Of a stretch of 64,000 nucleotides of DNA, positions 1 through 12,891 are shown one piece after another (position 1 is the first letter of the stretch; each line of letters opens with the position of its first letter). The translations under genes were made by a program, and so were the position numbers. Below the pieces are notes generated by a model. That model was not told the DNA's origin, ran no database searches, and worked only from the letters and a program-made list of their open reading frames with translations. Source of the DNA: Paraspadella gotoi. Its lineage: Eukaryota; Animalia; Chaetognatha. Location: the NCBI GenBank assembly GCA_051294375.1, contig CM119266.1:16858087-16922086 (forward strand), read 5' to 3'.

Positions 1-163
1 AGGACAATTTCAGGACCTTTAAGACTTCAACTTTTATCCATGAGCGATTTCTCCCATGGGCCGAAATAAAACCGCTGAGAATGAATCTCGCGATTTCGAT
101 GTCGAATGTTAGGACATCGAACTTTCGTTTACGATGTTCGATGACGAAAGCTTTTTTTTTCCT

Positions 164-196
<33 letters not shown>

Positions 197-3100
197 CCCG
201 TTTAGTCATCCGCCGCTCGTTCATTGGAATTTCCCCTCATCCGTCTAATTGGGTCATTCGAACCAGATTTTAGGCTTCTTTATTTTTTTTCCTACGACAC
301 ACGCGCCGTATTTCCGCGGTACATCGTCGTATCTTTTACTTTGCGGCTTTGCTTAGTTTTTCTCTTCGCGATTCGTGACGTAGAAATCGTCGAAACGATA
401 AAAACCAGTTTGTCTCCATGGAAGTCGATGAAAACCTTTCGCATTTTGGGATCGTTTCCGTTATTCAATCGTCGACTTTAATCTAAAACGATTAAAGACC
501 CGAACTTTCGATTAAAAAAAAAAAAAGAAATTGGTTGTTATTCGATTACAATTGTTTTTAAAAATTAAAAGTACTTTTTTTAAAATTTTCTGACCTTTGA
601 CAATCAGTTTTCACGGATCGAAGAAAAATTTAAATTATACGAACGAATATTTCACGGTAATAATGAAATCGTTTCCGACGGGGATTAAACGATAGAAACG
701 TTGCGAGCCCGATGCGCAGTTTGGCTAATTTATAATGATCGAAGACAAATAGCGAAATCGTTTACGAAAATCGTTCTTTTGGGTTTGTGAAACAAATTTA
801 TAAGAAAGTTAATTAATAATTATATCTTCGCGATCGTCATGTTTCGAAAAAAGTACGAAAAATTCTCTCCAAATAAAAAAATGGAAAAACGAGAAGGCGC
901 CTTCTATATTGCGTACACGAGGGTAAGTGGCTCAATTTGTCGGCTCTCTCGTTCAAAAAAGTTAATAAATTAATAAATTGTACTAATCCAGTAATTTCAA
1001 TTTTTTTTAAAAAAGTTGATAGCTTACGTTATAGAAATTTAAAAAAAATCGGTTGTATTGTATTGTAGTTGAACATAGTCGTTAACCTTAATTCTATTAC
1101 TCCTTCAGAGAGAATTAGCTGTGGACCCGCAGCATCGCCTCCCTTTGACGGCCACCGTTTCCTCCAGCGCTAGTCTGCCCGCCTCTTCTTCCCCGCGCCA
1201 CGTCGTTTCACCCCGGCCCGCGACTCTGCCCGCCGCCGCCACTCACCACGTCACCGTCGCCAGTTCGGTGCCACGACTCGGTCGGTCGGTCGCTCTAGCC
1301 TCGACGGCGGCCGAATTCGTACCGCCACTGCCTCATAACTTTATAGGTTCGTCATTGATTTGCTTTTTTCTTCCTATTTATTAAAATACTTTTCCTTTTT
1401 TTTCTACTTTTTTATAATCACTACATTAATTTCAACTTTTAACGTCATTTGTTTTTTTTTTACGATTAAACTCAAAAAGTGACATCTGTCAGAATTCTCG
1501 GAATGCGGAATCACCTCGATCATTTACCGTTTTTGTTTTTTGAAATTTTTTTTTGATGAACTGCGCTCCCGTAAGAAATTATTAGAAAAGCAACCAGAAA
1601 AATTTAGTTGATTATGCGATTATGTTAGATTACTGATACTATCAGCGCAGTTGTAAAATGAATAATTTCATTTGATTTATTTTCGACTGTTTTCGTTCCC
1701 GCCTCTGTTCGACCATAATCTTTCCCTTTCTTAACTCCTTTTTGTACAAGTTTTATCGCTTTGTATTGTTTTGTAAACCCCTTCCCTCCCCTAAGATCCT
1801 CCAGCCGAACCAGGGAAGGAACCCGACGCAAACGCCCCAACTCCCAGGCCGCGCACACGACGGTTCTTCATAGAAAAGTCCACCAAACCAGCGATCACAC
1901 AAAAAAATAAGATTCGCCGAGATATCTGATAAAAGAGTTTTCTATGCTCTGAAAAAGAATCTAAAAAACCGCAGTGACAACTTTGAGATCTGAAGATGCC
2001 CCGTGGCCAGAAATTCGATTAGATCTTAATCGAAATCTATCGAAATCACGGGCACCAATCAGAATCAGCTGTACACCTGCCTTCGGAATTCATGTACTTA
2101 AGTATAAACAGAATAGAGCCTAAACCCCTTAAACAAATAATCCTCAATTTTTTGTTCGATCCCGATGCTGACTCTGAGTCTTCCAGCCATGAAGACAATT
2201 TAGTTTTCTTAACCACTTAAAATCGCAGTTAAAAAATAAGTTACTTAGTAAATGGTTCTTATCGAAGTGTTAGAAAAAAAATTAATTTGAAAATCATTTG
2301 TGGATACTCTCATTTTGCGGATCGATGCGGATGAAATCCCGAATACATCAAGTCCGTTTATAATATTAATCATTAATTTTAATTAGAATGGTAGTGATTC
2401 CCCATGGATTCCTAATATATTTAAGCTAGTTTTCAAAAAAACTCAGTACTAAAACATTTTTAGAACAAATTTGTATTTAATCACCATGCTAGGTATCCAG
2501 TTTTTGTTTTATCAAAGATTTAAAAAAAAAGTTAAATTCATCATAAAGTTCCAGGAATATAGCTCAACAAAGTGAGTCTGAAATAGAGAAAAAGCCTTAT
2601 ATCTTATTAAAGAAATGATTTTTTGACAACTGATATTGCTTGAGAGGTTTCCGATGATAGTCTAGGGGAGACGGTGGGGAAAATGGCAGGGAGCGGAAGC
2701 GCAGTTGGGGAAGGAGACGAAACAAAACATCGAGGGTAAGAAAAATGGAGAGGGATGTGGGATGAAGGATGTGCACCTACCGATATGGACCAGGCGCTGC
2801 TGTCGACCAATATGACCCAGAAATCGAAGCAGAGAGAAAGTTGTAGCAGTAGTCAGTGTTGGGGGTAAGTCGGCGGATAGGACGTGTGTTGAACTAAGTT
2901 CGGAGAAGTGGCTGTCTTTGAATTCTAACTAACTGGGCTAATTCTGCGCATTGAAGACCAGATGGAGTCGGGTATAAAATGGCGCAGAAGAGACGATGGC
3001 GCCGGTCAAGACGCCCTGGAGATGACGACGACAAAGTCTCGGTAGATGACGTCGGCTAAGGCCGAAAGGACGACGATCTACGAAGCCCAGGACTTGACAA

Positions 3101-6100
3101 AATGTCTGTAGTAAAGAGTCTGTGAAGAGGAGAGGAGTCGTTGTAGAGTAGATGTAGTAGAGAGAGCTTGTAAAGTCGAAGCTTGTTGTAGAGTGTAGTA
3201 GAGAGAGAGTAGAGTTAGAAGTCTTGTTTCTGAAGCCAATAATATGTAAAAATAGAGATGCTCTTGTCTCTCATAGAAAAGTCCACCCCAAACACCAGCG
3301 ATCACACAAAACAGATGTTCTGCATAAAAATAAACGCAAATTCGACACCGTAAGAATAATCGGTGAATCAAAAGAGTTTCTTTCTCTTCTATGGCTCTGA
3401 AAAAAGAACCTTAAAAAACCCTCCAGGTTGTAAAGAAATCACAGTAGACACGAATGAAATATTGAGAAATCTGATGTATATGTCCGTTTTGATATATGTG
3501 GCCAGAAAAAGATTACAAAACATTACCAATTATGAGGTTAGAAAATCATTTTAAATCGAGAAATCTAACTATCAGACACATCGACCACCGTCCACGCGGC
3601 AAGATGGCTTTATAGAATCAGATTTATGCTAGCCTGTAATTACTTGCTTTCCTGTTTTTAAAATATCGTGGTTAAATTACTGACTTAGCTTAAGTTTATG
3701 CTGATGTTTATACGAACATAGGAAGAAAGATTAGTCCTCGCTAAACTCCCTAACAAGCATAGAATGGCGCTCTTATTGTTTTGTCCAGATAATTCACCAC
3801 GAATGGATAGGCTACACTGTGTATGATCTTCCTGAGTCTCATGCTTCAATCATCAGTTCACACATACGCACACGCACAAATCTATTAGTTTGTCACTGTT
3901 AAGAAACACTAATCCTCACTCAGCCCCTTGAAGGCACTATCAAAATCGATCAAAATTTGATAGTTAATAAAAAATAAGAATTAATCAAATTTAAGTAATG
4001 GTACCATTTCCTATATGAAAGCGATAGGAAACTGTTAGACCAAACAACAAAAAAAAAAAAAAAAAAGATAACTTGAGATAAGTTAATTTAATTGACATAA
4101 AATAAGAAAGAAGGAGATAGCAAAAAGGAAAAAAAAATAAAAAATTACAGCTGTATGACATATCAAAACAATTGACATGAGAGATTGGCACAAGATTTGG
4201 ACATTACATGACCGACATGACAGATGTGACATCTATGTTTGTTGTAATAATTTCTTCAATATTCGTATTTGCGTGGTTCGTGTACATAATATAAGTATAT
4301 TGGCGTGAAAAAGATTGGATTGGGGCGAGACCGCGACCCGGACACGACGAAGATCCGACTAAATACAATCAATGAAAGAAGCAACGCACGAATATAGCTT
4401 TAATCAACTCAATTTATAGATATTAAACGCCAAACAAAACTCATCACATTGAACAAATAATATTTTCTGTATATAGTTTTTTTTCCTTCGGCTATTTATT
4501 TTCTATCGTCCGATTCTCGCTATATATATTCTGCATTGGCTTGTTAATAACTCGATTACTATATGGAACAGAATCGCAATTTAATTTTTCTACGTCTGTT
4601 ATCAGATCCCGTGTTTTTTTTTTGTTTTTTTTTTGTTTGCTTGCTGAATTTGTATTTGATCCGAGATAATTAAAACCCATTAATTTCGCCGATGGAGACT
4701 GAGTGTGGTGAAATTCGTATAGGATATCTATCCAGAAACTGACTTAACTTACTTCTTCTGTTGATGAACTAAGAAATTAGCTTTTTTTGAAAATGGCTAT
4801 CAAGCGAAATTAAACAAAATAATTTTTAATTAAAGTACACTCAATGACGTTTTGTAGTTCAGACTTAAGTCAGGAGTTGGAAGGCGGGGATTTGTTCTAC
4901 TTGTCAACTAAGAAACGAATTTAGTCAATACCGCACCTATTCAGAGACGTATGTGGGCGGGGATGGTCATAGGCCCGGTCACTCTGAGGGGCGGGATACA
5001 GTAGAGATTTCTTGCTGCAATGCTATTGATGCTGCTATCGGCTGTTATGCGCTGGTGGGCGGCTGCTCGTTGCGTGGCGGGCGAATGAGAAAAAATCCGT
5101 GGGGCGACGCTCGGCGCCGCGTCCTTTTTGGTTTTTTCTACTCTCGTTGCTCTCTCTTTCGTTTCGTCTCGTTCTCTCTCTTATTCTCCTGTGACTTTTA
5201 ATCAGCAACTGTAGGGAGATTGACAATGCGGGAGAGAAGGATTCGTCGGTCGTCATCTGTCCATCGTCGTCTGTCATCGTCGTCGGTCAGTGGCATATCG
5301 ATCGGAAAATCGCGGATTTTTCGTCTCGTGAAAACGAAATTGCGGAGCTGAAAGGGAGAAGAACGGACGAACGGAGCTTTCAGTTGAAGGTCGAAGAAAA
5401 ATGCGCTGGTCGGGGGGGGGGGCATCTTTCAAACGAGATTGAATTGACAGGAATTACGGCTGACTCTGGGGTTTTTTTTTCTTTATTTAGGGTAAAGGGT
5501 TGTTTTTTTTTCTTTATGTTCCTTTAGTGAAAAAATAATGACAGATATTTAAGTATTAAGAGATTTACTATTTTGGGTAAAAAGTATTTTTTTGGGGATT
5601 CCTCCGCTCTTTTCTTTCTTAATATTGAAAATGCACATGTTACAGAACTCGGCTGTCACATGATTAATAAAATCGCTGTCGGGTGTTGTGCAAATGGCAG
5701 AAGATTTTTTTTCTTGTGTCTAGGGCGAATAACGTTTAATAATGATTTTTTGTTATATCTATCAGGAATAACAATAATTCTTGCCTTTTTTAAAGTTGAA
5801 GGCAACTAGGATTCAGTAAAAATCTCGCGTCCGTTTCATAAACGGGCCTTGGTTGCGTGCCCCTTGAATCGTCAATTGGCTGACTGAGAAGTCAGATCCG
5901 GTAGCGTGTTGATATAAGCTAAACTACACGGCGAATGTTCATTCAGTTTGTTCTGTCTTAGTGGCAACTAAAGGACTGAAAAACGGTGACCGCGAGACAG
6001 TGTAAATGATTTTTCAGTTAGTAGTTGTGCAAAATTTTTAGAAAGATATTTGCACTCTTTGTGTGTGTTGTATAATCAATTCTTCCTTTTATATTAATTT

Positions 6101-9100
6101 TAATGAATCAGATTAGTTTACGGATAGGTGGATGATAATGTGATGTATTAAGCTGATGCCATGATTTTTTTTCTTCTTCTCTACGAGGGAACCTTGGCTG
6201 TCTTGTCTCTCTCCGGGGTTTTCCCTCTCTATTTCCAACCGGGTCAGTATCTAACTGGAGATTGGAGCACTCTCTCTCTCTTCTCTCTGCGTATTCGTGC
6301 TGGGGGGGGGGTAAAGATCAGCGATTTACTTGATAGTGTGTTAGAAGAAGGGGTTAGTTCGAATGAGGCTGCAGTCTTCTTCCCTCAGCTCTAGAAGTTC
6401 GTTCTAATTTGACGATGTATGTGATAGTTAATTGAGGGTGGATGTGGTGTTAGGGTCGGTCGAATCAATCTCTGGATAGGCTTTCTTCGTCAATTTGCGT
6501 TGGGTAGGGGTATCTCTTCGTCTCAGTCGAATTAATCGATCTCGCGTGAAGTTATGGATCACTCGGTGTAGCTGCTCGTCTTTCCTCTGCACAGGCGCGA
6601 GCGTAAGCCAACCTCATACGTAGCACACTACAAGCGGTGGGTGGTCGCTTTATCTCCCTCAGTTCTTCACTCGCTTCGCTCGCGATCGATTAATAAAAAC
6701 GCTGTTCGTGGACAGGTAGACAGGCAGCAGCACAACGCCGACGCCCGACCTTCAGTTCCGCCGCTCCGCCGTCTTCCCTCCTTAGTAGACCATAAAGCTG
6801 CCGAGCTCCCATTCTGCAAAAAGGAGGTGGAAATTAAAACACGGGAAAACGCGTTGATGTATTTTTCTGCGTGTTATTTTTGAGGAATTAAGAAACGAAT
6901 GGAATTCCATGATCGAATCGTCGGTTCGTACGTGAAGACGCCCGTCGAGTTTTGGGGGAATTTCGCCTTACGAGCGGAACTGCCCGTCCGTCATTGAAAC
7001 GATATGAAATACAAAAAGAAGACCTTTTTTTTTATACTAAACCAGTGCCAACTGAGGTTTTTTTTTTCATCGTCTGTCATTTCTATAATGTTCGTCATTC
7101 CTTTTTAAGGGGAAATGATTATATGACCATACTGTGGGGTTTTGATGCGGCTCCGTTGGGAGAGCGGAAGTGGGGAAAGCAGGGCAAGTGGTCCGGCGAA
7201 GGAATTAAACTGTGTGCCTTGGGGTTTCACAAATTTTATGTTGATTTATCATGACATTGCATCATACTAATATTAATAATATAATAACCAAATAAGAAAA
7301 TAATCTTCTTTGAGGAAAATAAAACATTAAAAAAACAACCTTTGATTTAGAATTGGTAAGCAACCAATATAGAAGAATTATCCCGGCATACATTTTCAAT
7401 GTTAATTATTAACCTATCTCTGACTGCCATAACTCAGGCCTTGATGACTTTGGACAGGCTTAGTGGTGGTTTAAGCTCCGTCAGTGCTCAGACTCTTATG
7501 CATAAGATAATAGACAATAGATTTCATATCCGCAGATCCCCTGCAAGCTTCAATCAGACTCTCTGCGTCATCCAGTTCATTCATATCACTCTACACGAAG
7601 TTCCATGTGGGCTTTCTCAGGACTCGAAAGTGGTATATATATGAATAGAATGTTTTTCAATTTTGTATATTTTATTTTGTTCTTGTCAGATTGACAAACG
7701 GGGTTAAAGGAAGAAATGGCTTGGTAATAAATCGGCTGAAAGGATCCATTATTCTGGTTTTGGTGAGTATATAGGCTGTGTATAATAAAATTCCTGCTCA
7801 TCAGTGTGGATTTAATCAGAACATCAAAACAGCATGAAGATGAGGTCTTCAAATAACAATCAATCATGGTTAGTAGTTTCTAAAGGACACCTTATAACCA
7901 CTTTTTTTGGGATAACATTAAAACAATGTATAATCATGCTTTTATAAAGGAAAATATCAGGATATGCATGAATAACTTAAGATAAAGATAATTATGTATG
8001 GCTTACTACAGTTGGATCTTGCCTTGGGGTGTAGGTCATAACGATTATTTTGGTTAGGAAGTCTCAGTTTCGGCCCGAGCAAATTAAGGCTCACTAAGTA
8101 TGGGTTTTGTTATATTATTTTCTCTCGCGATGAAATGTTGCAACTCGCCCTTCACGAACTTATACAAACTTAGGTTGTCAATTTCTTTCTGCCCAGAATC
8201 CTAAACGAGTCAGTTTGTCCTTACGAACTTCATCTCCCCGATAGGACGAATCCGAAGATTGCAGAAGAATGAAAAGTCAATTCTATAAGTGTTTCATAAT
8301 GGGAATGTTTTTCGATTGCATACACGTGGATAAGAACAAAAGCAAAATGTTTAACCGGAATGGTTTTTCACTGCGCCTTACTGAAAAAACCTTCCTCGAA
8401 TTCACAAAATCCGACTACAAATTGCCCTTTGAATGTCACACAGAAGAAGGATCTTCGTACAGCCCAGCCTTGATGGCTCAGAGGGATGATGATGATTTAT
8501 GTTCAGACGATTCCAAGACATGCCTCTGAAGATTCGGTAAACATCGATGCCTAGTCTGTCATGTGAGATCTCCCAGTTTGAATCTCTTGGGGACAGGTGA
8601 ACATTCTCAGCTTCTTGGGACTTTTTAAATTCCTAGCGATAGTGTACAATTCGACAACAGACGTGACGGTACCGCTTATGAAAAATGAGAATTTAGCGGA
8701 TATATTTAACTGGGAGTGTGTTCCTGTGATCAGTGACGAGACAGTGGGTAACAGTGAGGATGAAAATAATGACCGCAAGCAAGATCCAAAGCAGCCATTT
8801 TGAATACTGAATACTGGATTAATGGCTTTGAGGCTGTTCGATGACAGGGGTTTTAAGGAGCTAAGATTAATAAGTATTCTGAGATGATGCAGATTAAAGG
8901 AATCGCTTCACAAGAAAAAAAATAGAAAGTTAAGGATGTTTTAGATTTCTAAAATAACAAATCTTCGTTGATGATCGCAATAAAAGTCGGGACAGTACGT
9001 GGTTCACGATCTCCTTTAAAATTAAATTGTTCAATGCGGCGCGGATAAACAATGAAAGACTGTCAATTTGAAACAATCAAATCTTTGGTCCAATATTCCC

Positions 9101-12100
9101 AGCCTTTATTTTTAATTTTCTATTGAATATTCTTAGGACTTGATGTGGGATAGATATTACTCTGATAATGCTTATGCACGATATAACGGTAACACTCACA
9201 CACAGTTTCATCATATCTTTCAAGTAGGCAAGTCCAATATGGTCTCGCATAAATGAGTTTGACACACTATTGCTATGAAGGGTTTTTTCAATAAAAGTGA
9301 TAGCATTTCACCATCTAGTTCATACCTAATTGTTGCATGGTTCGAGGCACGACCTAGTTTCTCCTCCTCGTGATGCTATCTATCTTATCTAGATTAGGCC
9401 CAAGATTCTGATCACATTGTTCAGAGACTCTGCCATTTTATTGATACAACTGCTTGCGATCTGTCCATGAGGAAGCAGAATATGAACTGCTTCTCGGAAG
9501 AGGTGGATGAGGGTTTTCAGCGTAATGATACTAACTTAGTAATAGCCCCAGATAACGTTGGCCGACCACATGCGAAAATCGATGGCTGATCAAAAGAAAA
9601 AAGCAGAAGTCCTCTGTGTTGACTAACCGAAGATGTTGGTCTCTCATGGCTTTTGAAGCATTTTTTTCCTTGTATAATCAGAAGAAACTCATAGATTTAC
9701 AAGCATCAGCTCCATCCTGGAAGACTTCTAGAAAAATTAGCTCATGAGAGGCTGCTCACGTATAATTTTGGTTAGATTCATGGATTGAAAACCGTGTTAC
9801 GTTTTTCAAAAACTGTTTAGCATAACGAAGATGTTAGTGACCTGGTGCAAAATTCTCTCCTATTGGTGGAGAAGGATGAGCAATCCTGAAAAATTTCGAG
9901 GATCATTTCTGTCCTTCAATCAAATTTCAGTTCGAGGGAAAACTCATTTTAATAACAAGTTTAATTAAAATGCCTGATGGAATAAACGTTTGGACTTGCC
10001 TTAAGTCATATTCAATGAAAACTTGTAACCGTGAGACTACAGATTTCTGTTATACTTAAGCTAGAGAAGAGTGAAAATTGTTATAAAATTCATCTGGTTC
10101 TTTGCAGCCTTGGTTCCGGCCTCTGGACTCACAATTCTTAGTTCAAAACATAGAGCTAAAGCAATATTTATAATTCCCGATTCATTTTATTATTCCCAGA
10201 CTTGTGCATTTATCTCTATTCATTTGAAACCAACTAAAGCCCCGCTTTTTGGAGGAACATATATATTTCAGATTTCTTGACCCAATATTTTCAACATCGG
10301 ATTTGGTTTTGGAGTGAATTCCTTAGAACCAATTGTGAATGAAAAAACTGACAGCATTTACAGAGAGCATGTCGTCCTCTCAAAGCAACACAACCATTCA
10401 CGGCGTTAGCGCGGTGGTGCTGAGCGGTCGCTGGGCCAACACAATTTGCTCAGGGAGTATGATGTAAATGGACAGAAAACATCAATATAGCTTAGCAGCC
10501 ATATGCCAATGTTAACACTACTGCAACAACCCTCAGGATTCACCGGAATTGATCATACACCTTTTTGTATCAAACGACGGAATTTTTTAGTAGCAAGTAT
10601 ATGCAATCCTCATTTTGAATTATTTTGAAGAATATTCACTAGAAGAGTGAATCCCTTCAATGAAATTTTTTGAATAATAGTAATAGTAATTTCAGTATAT
10701 GTTAAAATGGTTTTCTGAGACTGGTATCGTCCGGTTCAAGTATTTTTCCATTACGATCATGGTCAATTAAAACTGTCTCTGCAAGTGGATTTTTCAGATA
10801 CATTTAGAAGAAAGTCGCCAGGAAGGATCTTTATTTTATCCAAAACTCATTTTTCGTCCGACCTATTATTCCTTGCTTCCAGAATAGTAATTTTCATGAA
10901 GAAGGTATGAAAGTGAGGGAAAACAGCCTTTAAAAATGTCAGTTGCTGGGAAGATAATCAATCTTGAAGAACATTGATGATGATTGGTTTGCAATCCCCA
11001 TGAAGGAGCAGATCATGTCAATTGGGCGGAGATTCTAATGTGCACAACTGCAACTACTTCAACAACAGAATTGCGCAGAAAAAAAGCATAAGATCTCAGT
11101 TTGTAGTAGTAATGATTGGTCTATCTGCAGATAATCGAAAACGATTGACATGGACATTAGCATTCGAGAGAAGCAACAAAAAGTATTGATTGTTCCAAGA
11201 TTATGCTTGGAATGTGCTGCTGAGGCTGCGGCTACAGCAGAAGTTAATGCTTCTTCGGGAGTACTGTAACCGAGAAGCTTTCTCGCTAATGTTAGAGGAA
11301 ATGGGAATGGACAAGTGCCTAGATATGTCTGAAAATTTAACGGAAGTAGGTTTATTTTGAAAACCTACAACACACAAACTCCAATAGAAATGTCCTACTG
11401 AGGAAAATACACAAAGCCATTGGGCAGCTTTACCTGTAGTTCATTGGAGTGTATGATGGATTCTTTAGCAATTGTTAAGAAAACGTCAATAGATTGGAAG
11501 ATTATCAATAAGTATAGTGGGTAAAGTCACAGTCAGTAAGTTTCACCACAAAGAACCTTCAATACGCCATAACGATTTGAAAAAAGTTCAAACACGCATT
11601 CTGGTAATCATACATGCAATTAATGACAGAAACAAAATTTAAAAAAGTTGCCCTTATTTTGAGAGTTCAATTTAATTCCAAGTGAAATAGAGGTATAACT
11701 TCAAAAATGAAAGTTCTGGAAAAAAGGATAACCTGAACATGAAGTAAGAAAAATCTTGCTATGTCATTCATTAGAATTGGAAGAAGAAGCTATCACAGGG
11801 ATTTTGTGCCTTTCCACGGTTAGTCAACCAAACTATTTCAAGTATTGTTAAAAATAATATCGAATTGGCGCACATCTACAATTTTTTTTCCTTTTAGGGT
11901 GAAGATGGGAAGCATTTGCTCACCTCATCATCTTATTCCAATGAAGTGGTTGGAATTTGGTCAAAAAGAAAACAAAAAAAACTAACAATGAAGTTGATTT
12001 GGNNNNNNNNNNNNNNNNNNNNNNNNNGATTTCCTCGCAATATTAGAGATAGTTATTTCGTAACAGGACGTTTAAATAATTTAAATAAAAAATGAAAATA

Positions 12101-12272
12101 TTTTTTTAAATATTGTGAATGAATTAATAAATACAGTTATTAACCTTATTCAATATGCCGACTAATTAATATATTCACAAATTGATTGAACTTATGAATG
12201 CGGGTATCAATTCCTAGGACGCGGACCTAAAATTAATTCAATTGACTGCCGGATCCGATATTGCTCTCTCTG

Positions 12273-12316
<44 letters not shown>

Positions 12317-12638
12317 CTCTCTTCTCTTTCACTTTCACCATTGTCAAAAAAAATTAACTTCTTCTTCTTCTACTGTCCTCTCATCTGCCACTGTCTTTAC
12401 TCAGCCCTTGTTGGAAACTCTCCCCTCAATGTCTCTCTCTCTCTCTCCTCTCTTCTCTCTCCTCTCTCTCTTTCCTCCTCTCGTCTCTCTCTCTCTCTCC
12501 TCTATTTGTCACTTTTCCACCATTTCAAAAAAAAAATTAACTTCTTCTTCTCGCTGTCCTCTCAGCTGCCATGTCCTTTTGAAGCTCCCCTCAATCTCTC
12601 CTCCTCTCCTCTCTCTCTCTCCTCTCGCATCTACTTTC

Positions 12639-12732
<94 letters not shown>

Positions 12733-12891
12733 ACTCAATGTGTAGAGCATTTGTTGCTAAATGGTTTTTCAAACGATGATAAAAAACTCAAACCAATAAA
12801 GTCGAAACATGTCCTAATAATAATAAAATAAAATAATAATAAAAGAGAGAAAATAATACAAAGAAAGATAAAAAAGAAAATTGAATCAAGC

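Noticed and set aside
12242-12779. Long SLSLSL / ERERER ORFs here and at many other GA/CT tracts
   Set aside because: Translations of dinucleotide microsatellites, with no domain or splice support.
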